A stretch of 62,291 nt of DNA, the filler included. It is 4 parts of 4 records of this genome, joined end to end, with 100 filler letters (N's around TTAATTAATTAA, not from the genome) between each part and the next. Parts side by side here need not be neighbours in the genome. Positions count along the whole stretch, not along the records: positions 1 to 25,225 come from SRR31156797_4729; 3 more parts are not named here. One strand, given 5' to 3'. The translations under genes and the position numbers were made by a program. Each line of letters opens with the position of its first letter. Position 1 is the stretch's first letter. Below, one piece after another: positions 10,122-21,075 of the stretch. The notes beneath the pieces are model-generated. The model was not told where the DNA came from. It did not search any database and saw nothing but the letters and a program-made list of their open reading frames with translations.

Positions 10122-11825
10122 TTAAATGGTTTCGAGGAAGGAAATCAGGTTATCATCCGAATCCAACTCGAGTTTTTTGCGTAATCTCGATCGGGCAACT
10201 GTAATGCTATTGATACTTTGGTAGGTGATAGCCGATATTTCTTTGGTTGACATATTGAGCCTGAGGAAAGCACAAAGCCGTTTTTCGTTGGCTGACAGGT
10301 TTGGAAATTTTTCGTTGAGCTTTTCGTAAAAATCGTTGTGTACCTGCTGGAACCTGATTTCGAAGTCTTTCCAAATATCGTCATCTGTTGAGGATTGCAG
10401 CTCTCGTATGATCTCATCAATGATCCTTTGGTTTTCTTTTTTAAAGGCCAGTTTGGATTTGATCAGTTTTTCAGAAATCTGGGTGATCAATTCATTTTTC
10501 CTGATCATGTACATCACATTGGTGGCCAATTCCTTATTCTTGAATTCAAGTTCCTCCTCCAGCTTCGATTTTTCCATATTCAGGCTTTGGCTTCTCAGCA
10601 GGTTTTTTTCTGATTCCAGTTGGTGGCGATGGCTTTTGCTTCGTTGCAGATAAAACAACAGCAATGCAATGATCAGAGCCATGGCAATAAAAACGATGAC
10701 TAGTGTGTAGATGAGTTCTCTCTTGCGTTGTTCGGACGCTAACTTTTGCTGTTTCATTTTTGATTCACTCATCCGTTTATCAAATTTTTCCTGTAATTCG
10801 AGCTGTGTAACAAGCTTTAGTTTTTCGAGGTCGAGGAGGCTGTCGCTGAGTGATTTAAAGCTCACGTGGGTTGAATATGCATTTTTGTAATCACCAATTG
10901 AATCATAAGCAGCAGATAATAACTCCAGGGCAATTTGCTCTGAAGTTGTAAATTTATATTTCCTGGCATTCTCCAGAGCGGTGTTATAATATTTCAGGGC
11001 ACTATCGTATTGGCCAACTTCCAAAAAACAACTTCCGAGGTTGTTTAAACTCTGGGTTTCGGTGCGTTGATTATCAACCCGTATGCTAATCTGGATTGCC
11101 TTCTTATTGAGATCAAAAGCCCTGTCCATCTGGTCTTTTTCTCTTGCTACGATGGCCAAATTATTCAATAAAATACCATAACTCCTGTCATCATTTTCAG
11201 GCAGGTATTGCAGTGCTTTGGTGAAGTAAAAATCTGCCTTGTCGAAATTCCTGGTTTTGGTATGTACAGCTCCGGCGTTCAGGTTGAGCCTGAAAAACGC
11301 CATTTTAATTATTTCAGAATCCAGGGCCAGTTTTGTGGTGTCCAGAATATCCAATCCTTTTTGAAAGTTTACGAGGGCTTCTTCATGTTTACCGGTACTG
11401 TAATAAATGATGCCTATATTACTTATAAGTGTGATGTAGTCGGAAAAAATGGTTGAGTCAGACAATGATTCCGGTTGAGCTTCTATGGTTTTTTTACCAT
11501 CAAAAAGTAACCGCAATGCTTCAGGGTATTTTCCGATGTATTGAAGAATTGTTGCCTGATGGTTGATTATACTTAGTTTATTTTTCACATCATTTTTTCC
11601 TTCCAGTAACCTTTCGGCTTCCTGAAGAAACAAATAGGCTGAATCGGGCTGTTTGTCAGTAAGTTGAGCACCAACCCTGATGAGGGTTGAAATTTTTACC
11701 GAATCATCATTGGTGGTATTTATTACATGAATCAGGGAGTCTTCGGAATATGATTGCGGTAGTGCATTCTTCGTTATTAGGAGAAGTGAGCCTAAAAAGA
11801 ATATGAGAAATTTGGCAGATTTCAA
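10122..11825 (-). CDS. TPR sensor / transmembrane / LuxR-type HTH regulator
   Basis: Signal peptide, TPR repeats, TM segment, C-terminal LSANEKRLCAFLRLNMSTKEIS...RSRLRKKL. Confidence 0.9.
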   Translation of the reverse strand: MKSAKFLIFFLGSLLLITKNALPQSYSEDSLIHVINTTNDDSVKISTLIRVGAQLTDKQPDSAYLFLQEAERLLEGKNDVKNKLSIINHQATILQYIGKYPEALRLLFDGKKTIEAQPESLSDSTIFSDYITLISNIGIIYYSTGKHEEALVNFQKGLDILDTTKLALDSEIIKMAFFRLNLNAGAVHTKTRNFDKADFYFTKALQYLPENDDRSYGILLNNLAIVAREKDQMDRAFDLNKKAIQISIRVDNQRTETQSLNNLGSCFLEVGQYDSALKYYNTALENARKYKFTTSEQIALELLSAAYDSIGDYKNAYSTHVSFKSLSDSLLDLEKLKLVTQLELQEKFDKRMSESKMKQQKLASEQRKRELIYTLVIVFIAMALIIALLLFYLQRSKSHRHQLESEKNLLRSQSLNMEKSKLEEELEFKNKELATNVMYMIRKNELITQISEKLIKSKLAFKKENQRIIDEIIRELQSSTDDDIWKDFEIRFQQVHNDFYEKLNEKFPNLSANEKRLCAFLRLNMSTKEISAITYQSINSITVARSRLRKKLELDSDDNLISFLETI

Positions 11826-11929
11826 TCGTTGTCCTTTTGGTTAATGCTCAAATATAACAAAAATGGAGGAAATGAATCTGAAAATCAGCAATTAAGAAAT
11901 TTTAAGATTCTGGCAGGGGGCAGCAAGAA

Positions 11930-12355
11930 TTACTTTACCCAAACCATCATAAAATGTTTGATGTTGGCTTCCACAAACATTGGCCCATGCTTTTTGAATC
12001 CTTGTCGTTGGTAATACGGAATGGCTTTGAGCTGTGAATGGAGATACACTTTTTCTGATCTGCTTTTCAGATCAGCAAGAACAGCTCTCAGGATTTCACT
12101 GCCCAGGTTTTGATTACGATATTCCGGCAAAACGGCAAATCGCTCCAGTTTTATCCCTTCGGACGTTTGGCGCCAGCGGCCGGTTCCCACCGGTTTATTA
12201 TCAACAAGCAAGAGGTAATAGGTTGCCTCTTCTTCATTTTCAACTTCCAGTGCACGCTCAACCTGTTGCTCTTCAACAAAAACCTTTTTCCTGATTTCAA
12301 GCGCGTGGTAGTAGCTGGTTTTATCCTTAATTGTGAATGATATGATCTTTAGCAT
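11930..12355 (-). CDS. GNAT N-acetyltransferase (YjcF/ElaA-like)
   Basis: IRKKVFVEEQ, ERFAVLPEYR, EANIKH motifs. Confidence 0.9.
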   Translation of the reverse strand: MLKIISFTIKDKTSYYHALEIRKKVFVEEQQVERALEVENEEEATYYLLLVDNKPVGTGRWRQTSEGIKLERFAVLPEYRNQNLGSEILRAVLADLKSRSEKVYLHSQLKAIPYYQRQGFKKHGPMFVEANIKHFMMVWVK

Positions 12356-12472
12356 GTTCCGTTATTGTATTTTCTGAGCTTCAGAACTCCTGATGCAACA
12401 ATTGAAAATTAGATAGTTACACATGTTACATTGTAAAATTATTCTGTCGTTCTATTAGATTTTTTCTCTGAT

Positions 12473-12591
12473 TTTCTGAGTGAATCTTTGTGCCCTGCGT
12501 GCCTGAGTGGTTTAAGCTACCAATTACCACTTAGACACTAAGAACACTTAGAAACACTAAGATTTGAAATGCGACAATCACTTTTACGATG
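12473..12591. repeat. Imperfect palindromic intergenic repeat, copy 2
   Basis: Same unit structure and ATGCGACA-N7-TTACGATG tail as 1-122. Confidence 0.7.
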
Positions 12592-12684
12592 GGTAAGGAG
12601 TTTTGAACTTTCACTTGTTTAGTTTTATCTGAAACAAAAAAAGCAACCTTATCAAGATTGCTTCTTATAAAATGAGTTCAATGT

Positions 12685-13692
12685 TTATTGATGATTTTTT
12701 CCGTCGTAGGCCCATTTCAAATAAATTGAACCCCAGGTAAAGCCGCCACCAAAGGCAGCTAAAATTACGTTATCACCTTTTTTTAGTTTGTCTTCCCATT
12801 CCCACAGACAAAGCGGAATGGTTGCCGAAGTGGTATTCCCATAACGCTGAATATTAATCATTACCTGGTCCTTGCTTATACCCATCCTTCGGGCTGTAGC
12901 CTCTATGATGCGCATGTTTGCCTGGTGTGGTACCAGCCATGCCAGATCCTCAGGATCCATGTTGTGCTTTTTCATCATCTCAACAGACACATCTGCCATC
13001 TTGGAAACAGCAAACTTAAACACGGCCTGACCTTCCTGGTAAATATAATGCTCACGCGCATCAACAGTTTCATGTGAAGCCGGTTTAACTGAGCCTCCGG
13101 CTTTTTGATGTAAATGCACCCTTCCCATGCCGTCAGACTGGTGAATAGAATCAATGATCCCAATATCTTCGGTTGTGGGTTCCAACAGCATGGCACCTGC
13201 CGCATCACCAAATATTACACAGGTAGCGCGGTCGGTATAGTCTACAATCGACGACATTTTATCAGCGCCAACAAACAACACTTTTTTATAATTTCCTGAT
13301 TCTATGTACATCGCTGCAGTGGTCAGGGCATAAATCTGTCCTGAACAGGCGGCGTTGATATCAAAATGAAATGCGTTTTTAATCCCTGCTTTATCAGCTA
13401 TGATATTTGCTGTGGCAGGAAATTGCATATCCGGCGTTACAGTTGCACAGATAACCAGGTCGATTTCATCAGGATGTGTATTGGTTTTTTTGAGCAGCCC
13501 TTTCACGGCTTCGGCGCCCATATCTGAAGTGCCCTTGCCTTCGCCTTTTAAGATATGCCTGGTTTTTATTCCGGTTCTGGTGGTAATCCATTCGTCAGAA
13601 GTTTCCACCATCGTTGACAATTCCTGATTTGTGAGAATATAATCCGGTACGTAACCCTGTATTCCTGTTATTGCTGCTTTGAGTTTATTCAT
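12685..13692 (-). CDS. fabH: Beta-ketoacyl-ACP synthase III
   Basis: AACSG, PHQAN, GNT catalytic motifs; GGGFTWG. Confidence 0.97.
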   Translation of the reverse strand: MNKLKAAITGIQGYVPDYILTNQELSTMVETSDEWITTRTGIKTRHILKGEGKGTSDMGAEAVKGLLKKTNTHPDEIDLVICATVTPDMQFPATANIIADKAGIKNAFHFDINAACSGQIYALTTAAMYIESGNYKKVLFVGADKMSSIVDYTDRATCVIFGDAAGAMLLEPTTEDIGIIDSIHQSDGMGRVHLHQKAGGSVKPASHETVDAREHYIYQEGQAVFKFAVSKMADVSVEMMKKHNMDPEDLAWLVPHQANMRIIEATARRMGISKDQVMINIQRYGNTTSATIPLCLWEWEDKLKKGDNVILAAFGGGFTWGSIYLKWAYDGKNHQ

Positions 13693-13707
13693 GATTCTAA
13701 TACTTGG

Positions 13708-14658
13708 TTAACGCGTGTATTTGTGCAGCGCGCGTTTAATTTTACTGGAGAGTTTTGCCTCGTATATTTCCTTCGAGAGCATGATCATGTTTTTGATGGC
13801 TTCAGGGCTGGATATGCCATGTCCGATAACTACGGAGCCATTCACACCCAGTACCGGGCTCCCGCCATAGTTCTCATAGTTAAATCGCTTAATATATGAG
13901 TCAGTGAGATTGCGTTTTTGTAGCAACCTGTACATGGCTTCAATTTGTTTGAGTACAATGTTTCCAGTGAAACCGTCACAAACGATCACATCTACTCTGG
14001 ACCGAAACAGGTCACGGCTTTCTATATTTCCAAAAAAGTTAAAATCCCTCGAGTCTTTCATCATTTGGAATGCTGACTGGCACAGCAGGTTGCCTTTTCC
14101 TTCTTCCTGCCCGATGTTAAGCAAACCGATGCGTGGATTTTTAATTTTCAATACATCACGGGTATAGATGGAACCCAACAGTGCAAACTGGTAAAGTACA
14201 TCCGGTTTGGTGTCGGGGTTTGTGCCAATGTCGAGGATAATGCTTTCACCGCCCTTTTCCTGTGGAATATGTGCAATGGTGGTGGGCCGGATTACACCTG
14301 CTATGCTGCCAACGCTGTACATGGACCCTACCATGATGGCGCCGGAATTGCCGGCACTGCAGAAGGCGTTGATTTTACGTGATTTCATTAACCTGAATCC
14401 AACTGAAAGGCTGGAGTCCGGTTTTCCGGAGAGCGCCTTCAATGGCTTCTCGGCCATGTCAACAACCTGACTGGCGTTTATGATCCCGAAATTTCCTGGG
14501 TCCTGGGATTTTTTATGGAGGAAGTCGTGTATGATTTCGGTGTCGCCAATGAGCACCACCTGGTCATTCTGATTTAACGTTTCTTGGGCAAGTATGGCAC
14601 CGTCGATGGTTGCCTCAGGTGCGAAATCCCCGCCCATTACGTCCAATCCGACTTTCAT
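13708..14658 (-). CDS. plsX: Phosphate acyltransferase PlsX
   Basis: DVMGGDFAP, SAGNSGA, CDGFTGN, GHGIS; conserved operon context. Confidence 0.96.
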   Translation of the reverse strand: MKVGLDVMGGDFAPEATIDGAILAQETLNQNDQVVLIGDTEIIHDFLHKKSQDPGNFGIINASQVVDMAEKPLKALSGKPDSSLSVGFRLMKSRKINAFCSAGNSGAIMVGSMYSVGSIAGVIRPTTIAHIPQEKGGESIILDIGTNPDTKPDVLYQFALLGSIYTRDVLKIKNPRIGLLNIGQEEGKGNLLCQSAFQMMKDSRDFNFFGNIESRDLFRSRVDVIVCDGFTGNIVLKQIEAMYRLLQKRNLTDSYIKRFNYENYGGSPVLGVNGSVVIGHGISSPEAIKNMIMLSKEIYEAKLSSKIKRALHKYTR

Positions 14659-14700
14659 CAGTAAATGAAGGTGTTGTGATTTTGAATAGCGTGAACGCTA

Positions 14701-14892
14701 TTATTCAACCTCAGTTTTTTGCATCACCAACTTGCCTTTGTAATAAAGGTCGCCGTCAACCCAATAGGCACGATGATAAACATGAACTGTTCCTGTGGTA
14801 GGACAGGTTGCCAGGTTTGGAAGGTCTGATTTGTAGTGGGTCCTTCTTTTGTCCCTGCGGGTTTTTGATATTTTCCGTTTTGGATGAGCCAT
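14701..14892 (-). CDS. rpmF: 50S ribosomal protein bL32
   Basis: [21 protein letters not shown]-terminus. Confidence 0.98.
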   Translation of the reverse strand: MAHPKRKISKTRRDKRRTHYKSDLPNLATCPTTGTVHVYHRAYWVDGDLYYKGKLVMQKTEVE

Positions 14893-14919
14893 TTTATCTC
14901 AGGTATTTATGTTCTTACT

Positions 14920-15441
14920 TTATTTATTTTCTTTTAACTTTTTCAATGCATCCCATCGTGGGTCATTTGCCGGTTCTTCGTTTTCTTGCGAAAGCCGGTC
15001 GAGCATTTCCTGGTTACAGGTGCTGTTTCCGTCTTCATCGTCCGGATGAATACACTGCATGGGAAGCATTAACCTGATGTATTCGTAAATGTACGTGCTT
15101 AAATCAAACGCATATTCACTTTCAGGTATGATGACCACATCGTCAGATTGTTCCTCGAAAGTTTCTCCAAACTTTACGATGAGTCGTTCGGTCCCGTTTA
15201 TCGGTTGTTTAAAAGGTTCCAGACACCGGTCGCATTCAACCTCTATCTCTCCTGAAATCCCGAATTCGAAGATCATCATCCTTTCTTCCTTGATCAGGTC
15301 AAGCGAAATGCTCACTTTTCCCTGCTCCAGTTCAGCATATTCAATCGCATCAAAGAACTTGCTATCAATCACATAATCAAAGTGATGTAATTCATTTTTG
15401 AGCCCACGGAACGGGATTACAAATTCCTTTAAATAATCCAC
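14920..15441 (-). CDS. yceD: DUF177/YceD family protein
   Basis: CDRCLE and DPRWDALKKL motifs; upstream of rpmF; GTG at 15441 preferred because TACTTTTG box lies at 15469-15476. Confidence 0.92.
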   Translation of the reverse strand: MDYLKEFVIPFRGLKNELHHFDYVIDSKFFDAIEYAELEQGKVSISLDLIKEERMMIFEFGISGEIEVECDRCLEPFKQPINGTERLIVKFGETFEEQSDDVVIIPESEYAFDLSTYIYEYIRLMLPMQCIHPDDEDGNSTCNQEMLDRLSQENEEPANDPRWDALKKLKENK

Positions 15442-15912
15442 AATAAGTTCCTCCCAAAAATTGGGCGGCAAAAGTAGAAAATTAAATTATGATAACCAAA
15501 AGTTTATGGGTTTTAAATTCAGGTACCACACTGAGGCTGTGAGAAATTGATGGGTTTATTACCTGAAAGTCATGGCCTGATTCCAATACAACCAATATTG
15601 AACCTATATGTTACCGCTAATTTTTAATCTACTTACCGGTATTGATACTTCCATCCCGGGATATCGCCTGGTAAAAACAGACACCTTGTAAAAGGCTCTT
15701 CAAATCAAGGGTTTGACCGGGATCAGCCTTGTCAAAACAAACTTTACAGGTGAAATCCATATTGCAAAGTTTTTGTTTTTTATACCGCAATCTTTTAAAG
15801 ATGCCTCCAGATGGAATTGATTGCTTCAAAATTAGTTGATTTTAGTACCTGAAGAAAGCAAATGCTTGAACATTTTAGGGTTTAGTCTGGTTAGTAGCAA
15901 AAAGATTTAACT

Positions 15913-16470
15913 ATGGCAGCAACTCCAACAATTCAGATTCCGCTGGGTTTTAAAGCTCCAGATTTTAAACTTCCCAGCCCGATTTTGGGAAAAGATGTTA
16001 CCCTTGATGAATTGAAATCGGATAAAGGCACAGTAGTGGTTTTCATTTGCAACCACTGCCCTTACGTGATTCACATCATCGACGAACTTGTTGAGGTGGG
16101 CAGGGAATACATCGAAAAGGGTATTTCGTTTATCATGATCAACGCCAACGACGTGAAAAATTATCCCGACGATTCACCTGAAAAAATGGTTGAATTCGCG
16201 AAAAAGCATGATTTCCCCTTTCCCTATCTTTTTGATGAATCCCAGGAGGTGGCCAAAGCCTACGATGCCGCATGTACGCCAGATTTCAATGTATTTGATG
16301 GTGAAATGAAATGTGTTTCTCGCGGACAGTTTGACGATTCAAGGCCCAAAAATGATGAACCCGTAACAGGTGCTGATCTTCGCAAAACATTGGATTTATT
16401 GCTTGCCGGAAAGGATATCCCAAAAGAGCAAAGGCCAAGTATAGGGTGTAATATCAAATGGAAGAAATAA
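15913..16470 (+). CDS. Thioredoxin-fold AhpC/TSA-like redoxin
   Basis: FICNHCPYV, AACTPDF, SIGCNIKW. Confidence 0.93.
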   Translation: MAATPTIQIPLGFKAPDFKLPSPILGKDVTLDELKSDKGTVVVFICNHCPYVIHIIDELVEVGREYIEKGISFIMINANDVKNYPDDSPEKMVEFAKKHDFPFPYLFDESQEVAKAYDAACTPDFNVFDGEMKCVSRGQFDDSRPKNDEPVTGADLRKTLDLLLAGKDIPKEQRPSIGCNIKWKK

Positions 16471-16736
16471 CAAAACGCATAACATTTCCCTTTTTAAAAA
16501 CCACCGGGAACAATAATTTTTCGTGTGATACCGATGCTACCCGATATGTTCCATACTGGAGTTATAAAACCGCAACGTTAAAGTAGGGAAAATCACAGGA
16601 GCAAATCGAAAAACGCTGGAAAAACAACACTACATTGTATTTACCTTGCTAATTAGAGGGTTCCATGCAACCCGTTCATTTGTCCAAAACATTCATCCAT
16701 TCCTGCTGTTCCATCTAAAATTAATCTGATATAAAA

Positions 16737-17348
16737 ATGATAACATACATCCAAAATAAAGTCAAAGATTTTCTTGCGGGATCAGGAAAAGAGCAGGCAA
16801 AAATTACAGAGATCAAGGTATCCGACTCTGGTTCGCTGATCAGGGAAAAATCGTTTAGTGTATATTTCAACCAGTGGAAAAAATCCAATGCATGCCATGA
16901 GATATTAAACGAACTTCATAGCAATTTCCTCAATGGGGAGCCATTAGAAGGATCGGCCCTGGATTTAGGCTTGCACAGAACTCCGGGCGCCAATGGTTTA
17001 TCGGTGTCTGTTTCCCGGACGAACCGATCTCCGGATATTGATGATTTCAGGTATTTGATGGACCTGTTTCGCGAAAAAATAATAACGATGAATTACAGGC
17101 CTTACAGTTCCACATTTGAAGAACGGACTTTGGCAGATAAAATCATCCGTAAAGAACGCCACTACCTGAAACCCGGGGCCTGGGGCACCGAAATGCCCAT
17201 GGAACAGCTGTATGGGAATGTGCTTATTGAACTGGATATTGTTAATGATGAAGTGGAGCAACTGAAGTTGTTAGCCACCTATTACACAGGTTTTGATTAC
17301 CGCGAACCAGCAAGTTTTGATGAACTGATAAACAGGCTTCTAAAGTAG
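16737..17348 (+). CDS. Hypothetical protein
   Basis: 203-aa ORF with normal composition; no family recognised. Confidence 0.7.
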   Translation: MITYIQNKVKDFLAGSGKEQAKITEIKVSDSGSLIREKSFSVYFNQWKKSNACHEILNELHSNFLNGEPLEGSALDLGLHRTPGANGLSVSVSRTNRSPDIDDFRYLMDLFREKIITMNYRPYSSTFEERTLADKIIRKERHYLKPGAWGTEMPMEQLYGNVLIELDIVNDEVEQLKLLATYYTGFDYREPASFDELINRLLK

Positions 17349-17563
17349 ATTTGGCCTTTCGGTTTCAGGTTTTCAAAAACTTCAAATTTCCGCTCTACAC
17401 AAATTGTTTCATATCAGATTAAGGGCTTTTCTTTGAGATTTCTACGTAACTTTGTCTTGTTTAAATCATCAAATTTCCGCGATCTTATTGTCTTGGTGTC
17501 TGGATTATTGATGATTATTACTGATGCTTTTATCTCAACCAAAACATTGAAAACCCGAACCTT

Positions 17564-20500
17564 ATGAAACATTTTATTGCATACTTTTCGTTTTTGATAA
17601 TGCTTTGTGGAGATGGGTTTGCGCAAATCCAGTTTTCCGACATGCAAAACCTATCCAATGAATACGGCCCCTCGGATGAACAGGACCTTGCCAACATTGG
17701 TGATGATTATTTCCTGGTTTGGAATCAGTGGGGCGACATCATGTTTCGCAAAAGTGAGAACGGCGGTGAGAACTGGGGACAAAAACTCACCCTCTACACG
17801 GGTTTCGATTATGGTGCCAATTATCCGGTGATTGCCGCCGCTGATGATCATGTTTACATCGCTTACCATCGAAACACATTGGGAAACAGCGAAATATTTA
17901 TGGTTAAATCTGCAAATGGCGGACAATCTTTTGGCAATGAAATCCAAATTACGAACTCGATAAATCTGGCCCAGGTTGCTCAAATAACAGCCTCCGGAGA
18001 TACGGTTTTAATTGCCTATGAAGACCGGGACGAAAACTGGGATTACCAGATCATGCTCACTTATTCGACAGACGCTGGTGAATCCTGGTCGGAACCACAA
18101 AACATCTCCAACACTACCGGGAATGCACGCTGGTGTAATGTGGCCTGGCGGCAGGAAAAAATTGTGGTGGTTTGGAACGAACAAACCGGGGCAACCTACA
18201 ACGACCTTGACCTGTTTTACACGACCACGGAAGATTTTGGTGGAAGTTGGTCTGCACCCACAAATCTGTCCAACAACATGGCCTACAATGCCCGGCTGAA
18301 TACAAGGATGGTTGGAAACAGCATTTACGTAATCGTTTCGGCAAAAGTGGATGGTTTGCAAAGTGACATCATGTTGTATCGCTCCGATGATTTCGGGCAA
18401 ACCTGGCAGGATGCCATTAACCTTTCAGATAACACCGGAACTTCCTCCAGGCCTGACATTTGGGTTACCACGAATTTTGAAGGAAATCACCGCATTTATG
18501 TCGTCTGGACTGACGAGACCTATAATTCCAATGAGCGGGCATACCTGAAATATTCGATCGATAACGGATATTCCTGGTCAGATTTGATTGATTTTTCGAA
18601 CACCACCGAAGACGCGGCCTGGGTGCAGATCATTGGCGAGGCAACCGGACCCGTAGACGACCTTTACATGGTGTGGTACAGGCCTGATGATGGCACCTTC
18701 AATTACGAGGTTTGGGGTCGGGGAGCAGAAAGCCAGGTTTCATCGGATGTAAATCTTAGCGGCACAATCTCAAACGAGGATCAGGAGCCATTGGAAAATG
18801 CAACCATAGCGCTGGGGGGATATGTGGTTTTCAGTGGGGATGATGGCAGCTACAGCCTGGATGTGCCGGCCGGAACGTACGACTTCTCAGTTTCTGCCTC
18901 AGGATATCAGAATTACACACAGTCCGGGCTTGAACTTAACGAAAATATGGTGCTGGATGTAACGCTAACTGCACTGGTTCCTGGTGGCTATCCGCCGCAT
19001 AACCTGCAGGTGGAACAACAGGGTGTGAGCGGGGTGTTCGCCACATGGGAGGCGCCAATCGGGTTCAATTCTCAGGAACTGGCCTATGATGATGGTGAGG
19101 CCAACGGATTGTACTGGGTGGGAACTGCCACCGGTAACGAGTTTATGACCGTTGCTTTTGAGTACGATGAATCCTGCTACCTTCGGCAGGCCAAACTTTT
19201 CACCAGTCCCGGAACAACCGGTGAGCAGATGAAAGTCTGGATCCTGGGCGATGATGCGGGGAGCCCTTCCACAACTACCGTATTTGGTGGACCATTTTTT
19301 GTTGATGTGGAATCCCCTTGGACAGTTCTGGAAATGGTTATCCCGATACCGGCCAATGTAAGGTTTTACGTGGCCTGCCAGTGGGAAGGAGGGAATCTTT
19401 ATAAAATTGGCGGAGATCTAAATGAACCGGATGGTTTTTCCTATTCCACTTCGGATGGAGGAGAAGTCTGGCACATCCACGATGATATGGATTTTATGAT
19501 CCGTGCAGGTATTGCAACAGATGAGAAATCCACGTTACAGGAATTACCGCCCGATAACACCAAAGGAGAGTTACTAGGTTATCAACCCTATCTGGATGGA
19601 ACATCCTACGGTGTGATGATTACAGAAAATTATTTCAATTTTGATGAATTAGCCCCTGGAAACACCTATCTGATCGGAATTACAGCAGTTTATGACGATG
19701 GCGAGTCACCCCCTGCAACGCAGGAGATTTATATCCCCGAGCCGTTACTTTTTCCACCACTCAACCTGGAGGCCGGGGAACAGCCTGGCGGTGAACCCGC
19801 AATTCAGCTTACATGGGATACTCCTGCCTCCGAAGGAGACTGGATACACTGGGATGACGGTGAAAACGAAGATGCTGTGGGAGGGGAGAATATTGAGATT
19901 TTCGATGCAGCCATTCGCTTTACCGCTAATGATTTGGCAGCTTATGACGGGCAATACCTTACCCGTGTTTCTTTTTTTGTTGTAGATGCAAACTGCCAGT
20001 TTTTTATCCGCGTGTGGCAGGGTGGAAATCAAAATTACGCCGGAGATCTCGTCAGGGAGCAAACCGTTGCTTATCCGATTGCCAATGAGTGGAATACATA
20101 CGATCTGGAGACACCTGTACAGATTGATGCATCGGAGGAACTATGGATCGGCTATCGGGTGATTAACACCAATGGTGTTTATCCCGCCGGGACGGATGAT
20201 GGGCCGGCTGTTCCTTTTAAGGGTGACATGCTGCTGTATGGCTCCGACTGGGTGGGTATGAGCAACTATTTTGGATGGGACATCAACTGGAACATACAGG
20301 GAATGGTGGTAAATGCGGAAAGTGGAGAAATGAAATCACTTACTCCGGGTGAATTCGAGGAAGAGATACAGGCTCAGCAAGGAATTCCCCAAAAAATTAA
20401 AGTTAACTCAGCTTCTGATCCGTTTCTTTGGGAATATTCACATTTCAACATCTACAACCAGGATGAATTAATAGGGACTGCCCCGGCCGGAACCCTGGAG

Positions 20501-20887
20501 TTTACTGATGAAAACTTCCTGATTTACAATGCCTATACGATAACCACAGCCTGGGAAAGTTATGAATCGGCACCGTCCAATGAGGTGATCATTTCATATG
20601 TCGGATTAACAGCACATGAAAATATAACGAATGAAATTGCAGTCGGACCAAATCCGGCTGGTGATCAGGTTTTTGTTAAGCTTAAATTGAGTGAGCCCGG
20701 CAAAATCACCATCAATATCGTTGATCTTAAGGGTAAAAAAGTCCACATATTATTTGAGGGAGAACTGGAAGCAGGCGTTCAAAACATGGAGTTCAAACCC
20801 GATCAAACGGTCATAAAAACCGGGGTTTATTTTATTGTCATCAACCATAACGGTGTACGCACAACAAAAAAATTAATTTTTTGGTAA
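17564..20887 (+). CDS. T9SS-secreted protein with Asp-box (BNR) beta-propeller, Ig/FN3-like modules and CTD
   Basis: Signal peptide, six S/TxDxGxxW-like boxes, C-terminal GPNPA...TGVYF...KKLIFW; TAACTTTG box at 17447-17454. Confidence 0.88.
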   Translation: MKHFIAYFSFLIMLCGDGFAQIQFSDMQNLSNEYGPSDEQDLANIGDDYFLVWNQWGDIMFRKSENGGENWGQKLTLYTGFDYGANYPVIAAADDHVYIAYHRNTLGNSEIFMVKSANGGQSFGNEIQITNSINLAQVAQITASGDTVLIAYEDRDENWDYQIMLTYSTDAGESWSEPQNISNTTGNARWCNVAWRQEKIVVVWNEQTGATYNDLDLFYTTTEDFGGSWSAPTNLSNNMAYNARLNTRMVGNSIYVIVSAKVDGLQSDIMLYRSDDFGQTWQDAINLSDNTGTSSRPDIWVTTNFEGNHRIYVVWTDETYNSNERAYLKYSIDNGYSWSDLIDFSNTTEDAAWVQIIGEATGPVDDLYMVWYRPDDGTFNYEVWGRGAESQVSSDVNLSGTISNEDQEPLENATIALGGYVVFSGDDGSYSLDVPAGTYDFSVSASGYQNYTQSGLELNENMVLDVTLTALVPGGYPPHNLQVEQQGVSGVFATWEAPIGFNSQELAYDDGEANGLYWVGTATGNEFMTVAFEYDESCYLRQAKLFTSPGTTGEQMKVWILGDDAGSPSTTTVFGGPFFVDVESPWTVLEMVIPIPANVRFYVACQWEGGNLYKIGGDLNEPDGFSYSTSDGGEVWHIHDDMDFMIRAGIATDEKSTLQELPPDNTKGELLGYQPYLDGTSYGVMITENYFNFDELAPGNTYLIGITAVYDDGESPPATQEIYIPEPLLFPPLNLEAGEQPGGEPAIQLTWDTPASEGDWIHWDDGENEDAVGGENIEIFDAAIRFTANDLAAYDGQYLTRVSFFVVDANCQFFIRVWQGGNQNYAGDLVREQTVAYPIANEWNTYDLETPVQIDASEELWIGYRVINTNGVYPAGTDDGPAVPFKGDMLLYGSDWVGMSNYFGWDINWNIQGMVVNAESGEMKSLTPGEFEEEIQAQQGIPQKIKVNSASDPFLWEYSHFNIYNQDELIGTAPAGTLEFTDENFLIYNAYTITTAWESYESAPSNEVIISYVGLTAHENITNEIAVGPNPAGDQVFVKLKLSEPGKITINIVDLKGKKVHILFEGELEAGVQNMEFKPDQTVIKTGVYFIVINHNGVRTTKKLIFW

Positions 20888-20928
20888 CATTGGTGGTATT
20901 CAAAAAAAACTATATTTGCCCGCTCAAA

Positions 20929-21021
20929 ATGATTAAAACAGGCAAAACATATTTCGGTTTTTACTTTTATTTTTTCGCTTTTAAGAAGCGGGGCCGATTA
21001 TGTTTGCAAACAAAATACTAA
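20929..21021 (+). CDS. Phe/Tyr-rich attenuator leader peptide, 30 aa
   Basis: MIKTGKTYFGFYFYFFAFKKRGRLCLQTKY; follows TATATTTG box at 20911-20918 and precedes pheA. Confidence 0.85.
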   Translation: MIKTGKTYFGFYFYFFAFKKRGRLCLQTKY

Positions 21022-21034
21022 GTAAATAACACGG

Positions 21035-21062
21035 AAGCCTCGCAAAAAGCGGGGCTTTTTTT
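21035..21062 (+). terminator. Attenuator terminator of the phe/tyr operon
   Basis: AAGCCTCGC-AAAAA-GCGGGGCTT plus U-tract; competing AAGCGGGGC in leader at 20986-20994. Confidence 0.85.
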
Positions 21063-21075
21063 ATAGATAGTAAAC

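Noticed and set aside
15629-15829. 66-aa minus-strand ORF with CxxC
   Set aside because: Short, TTG start, no recognisable family; may be chance
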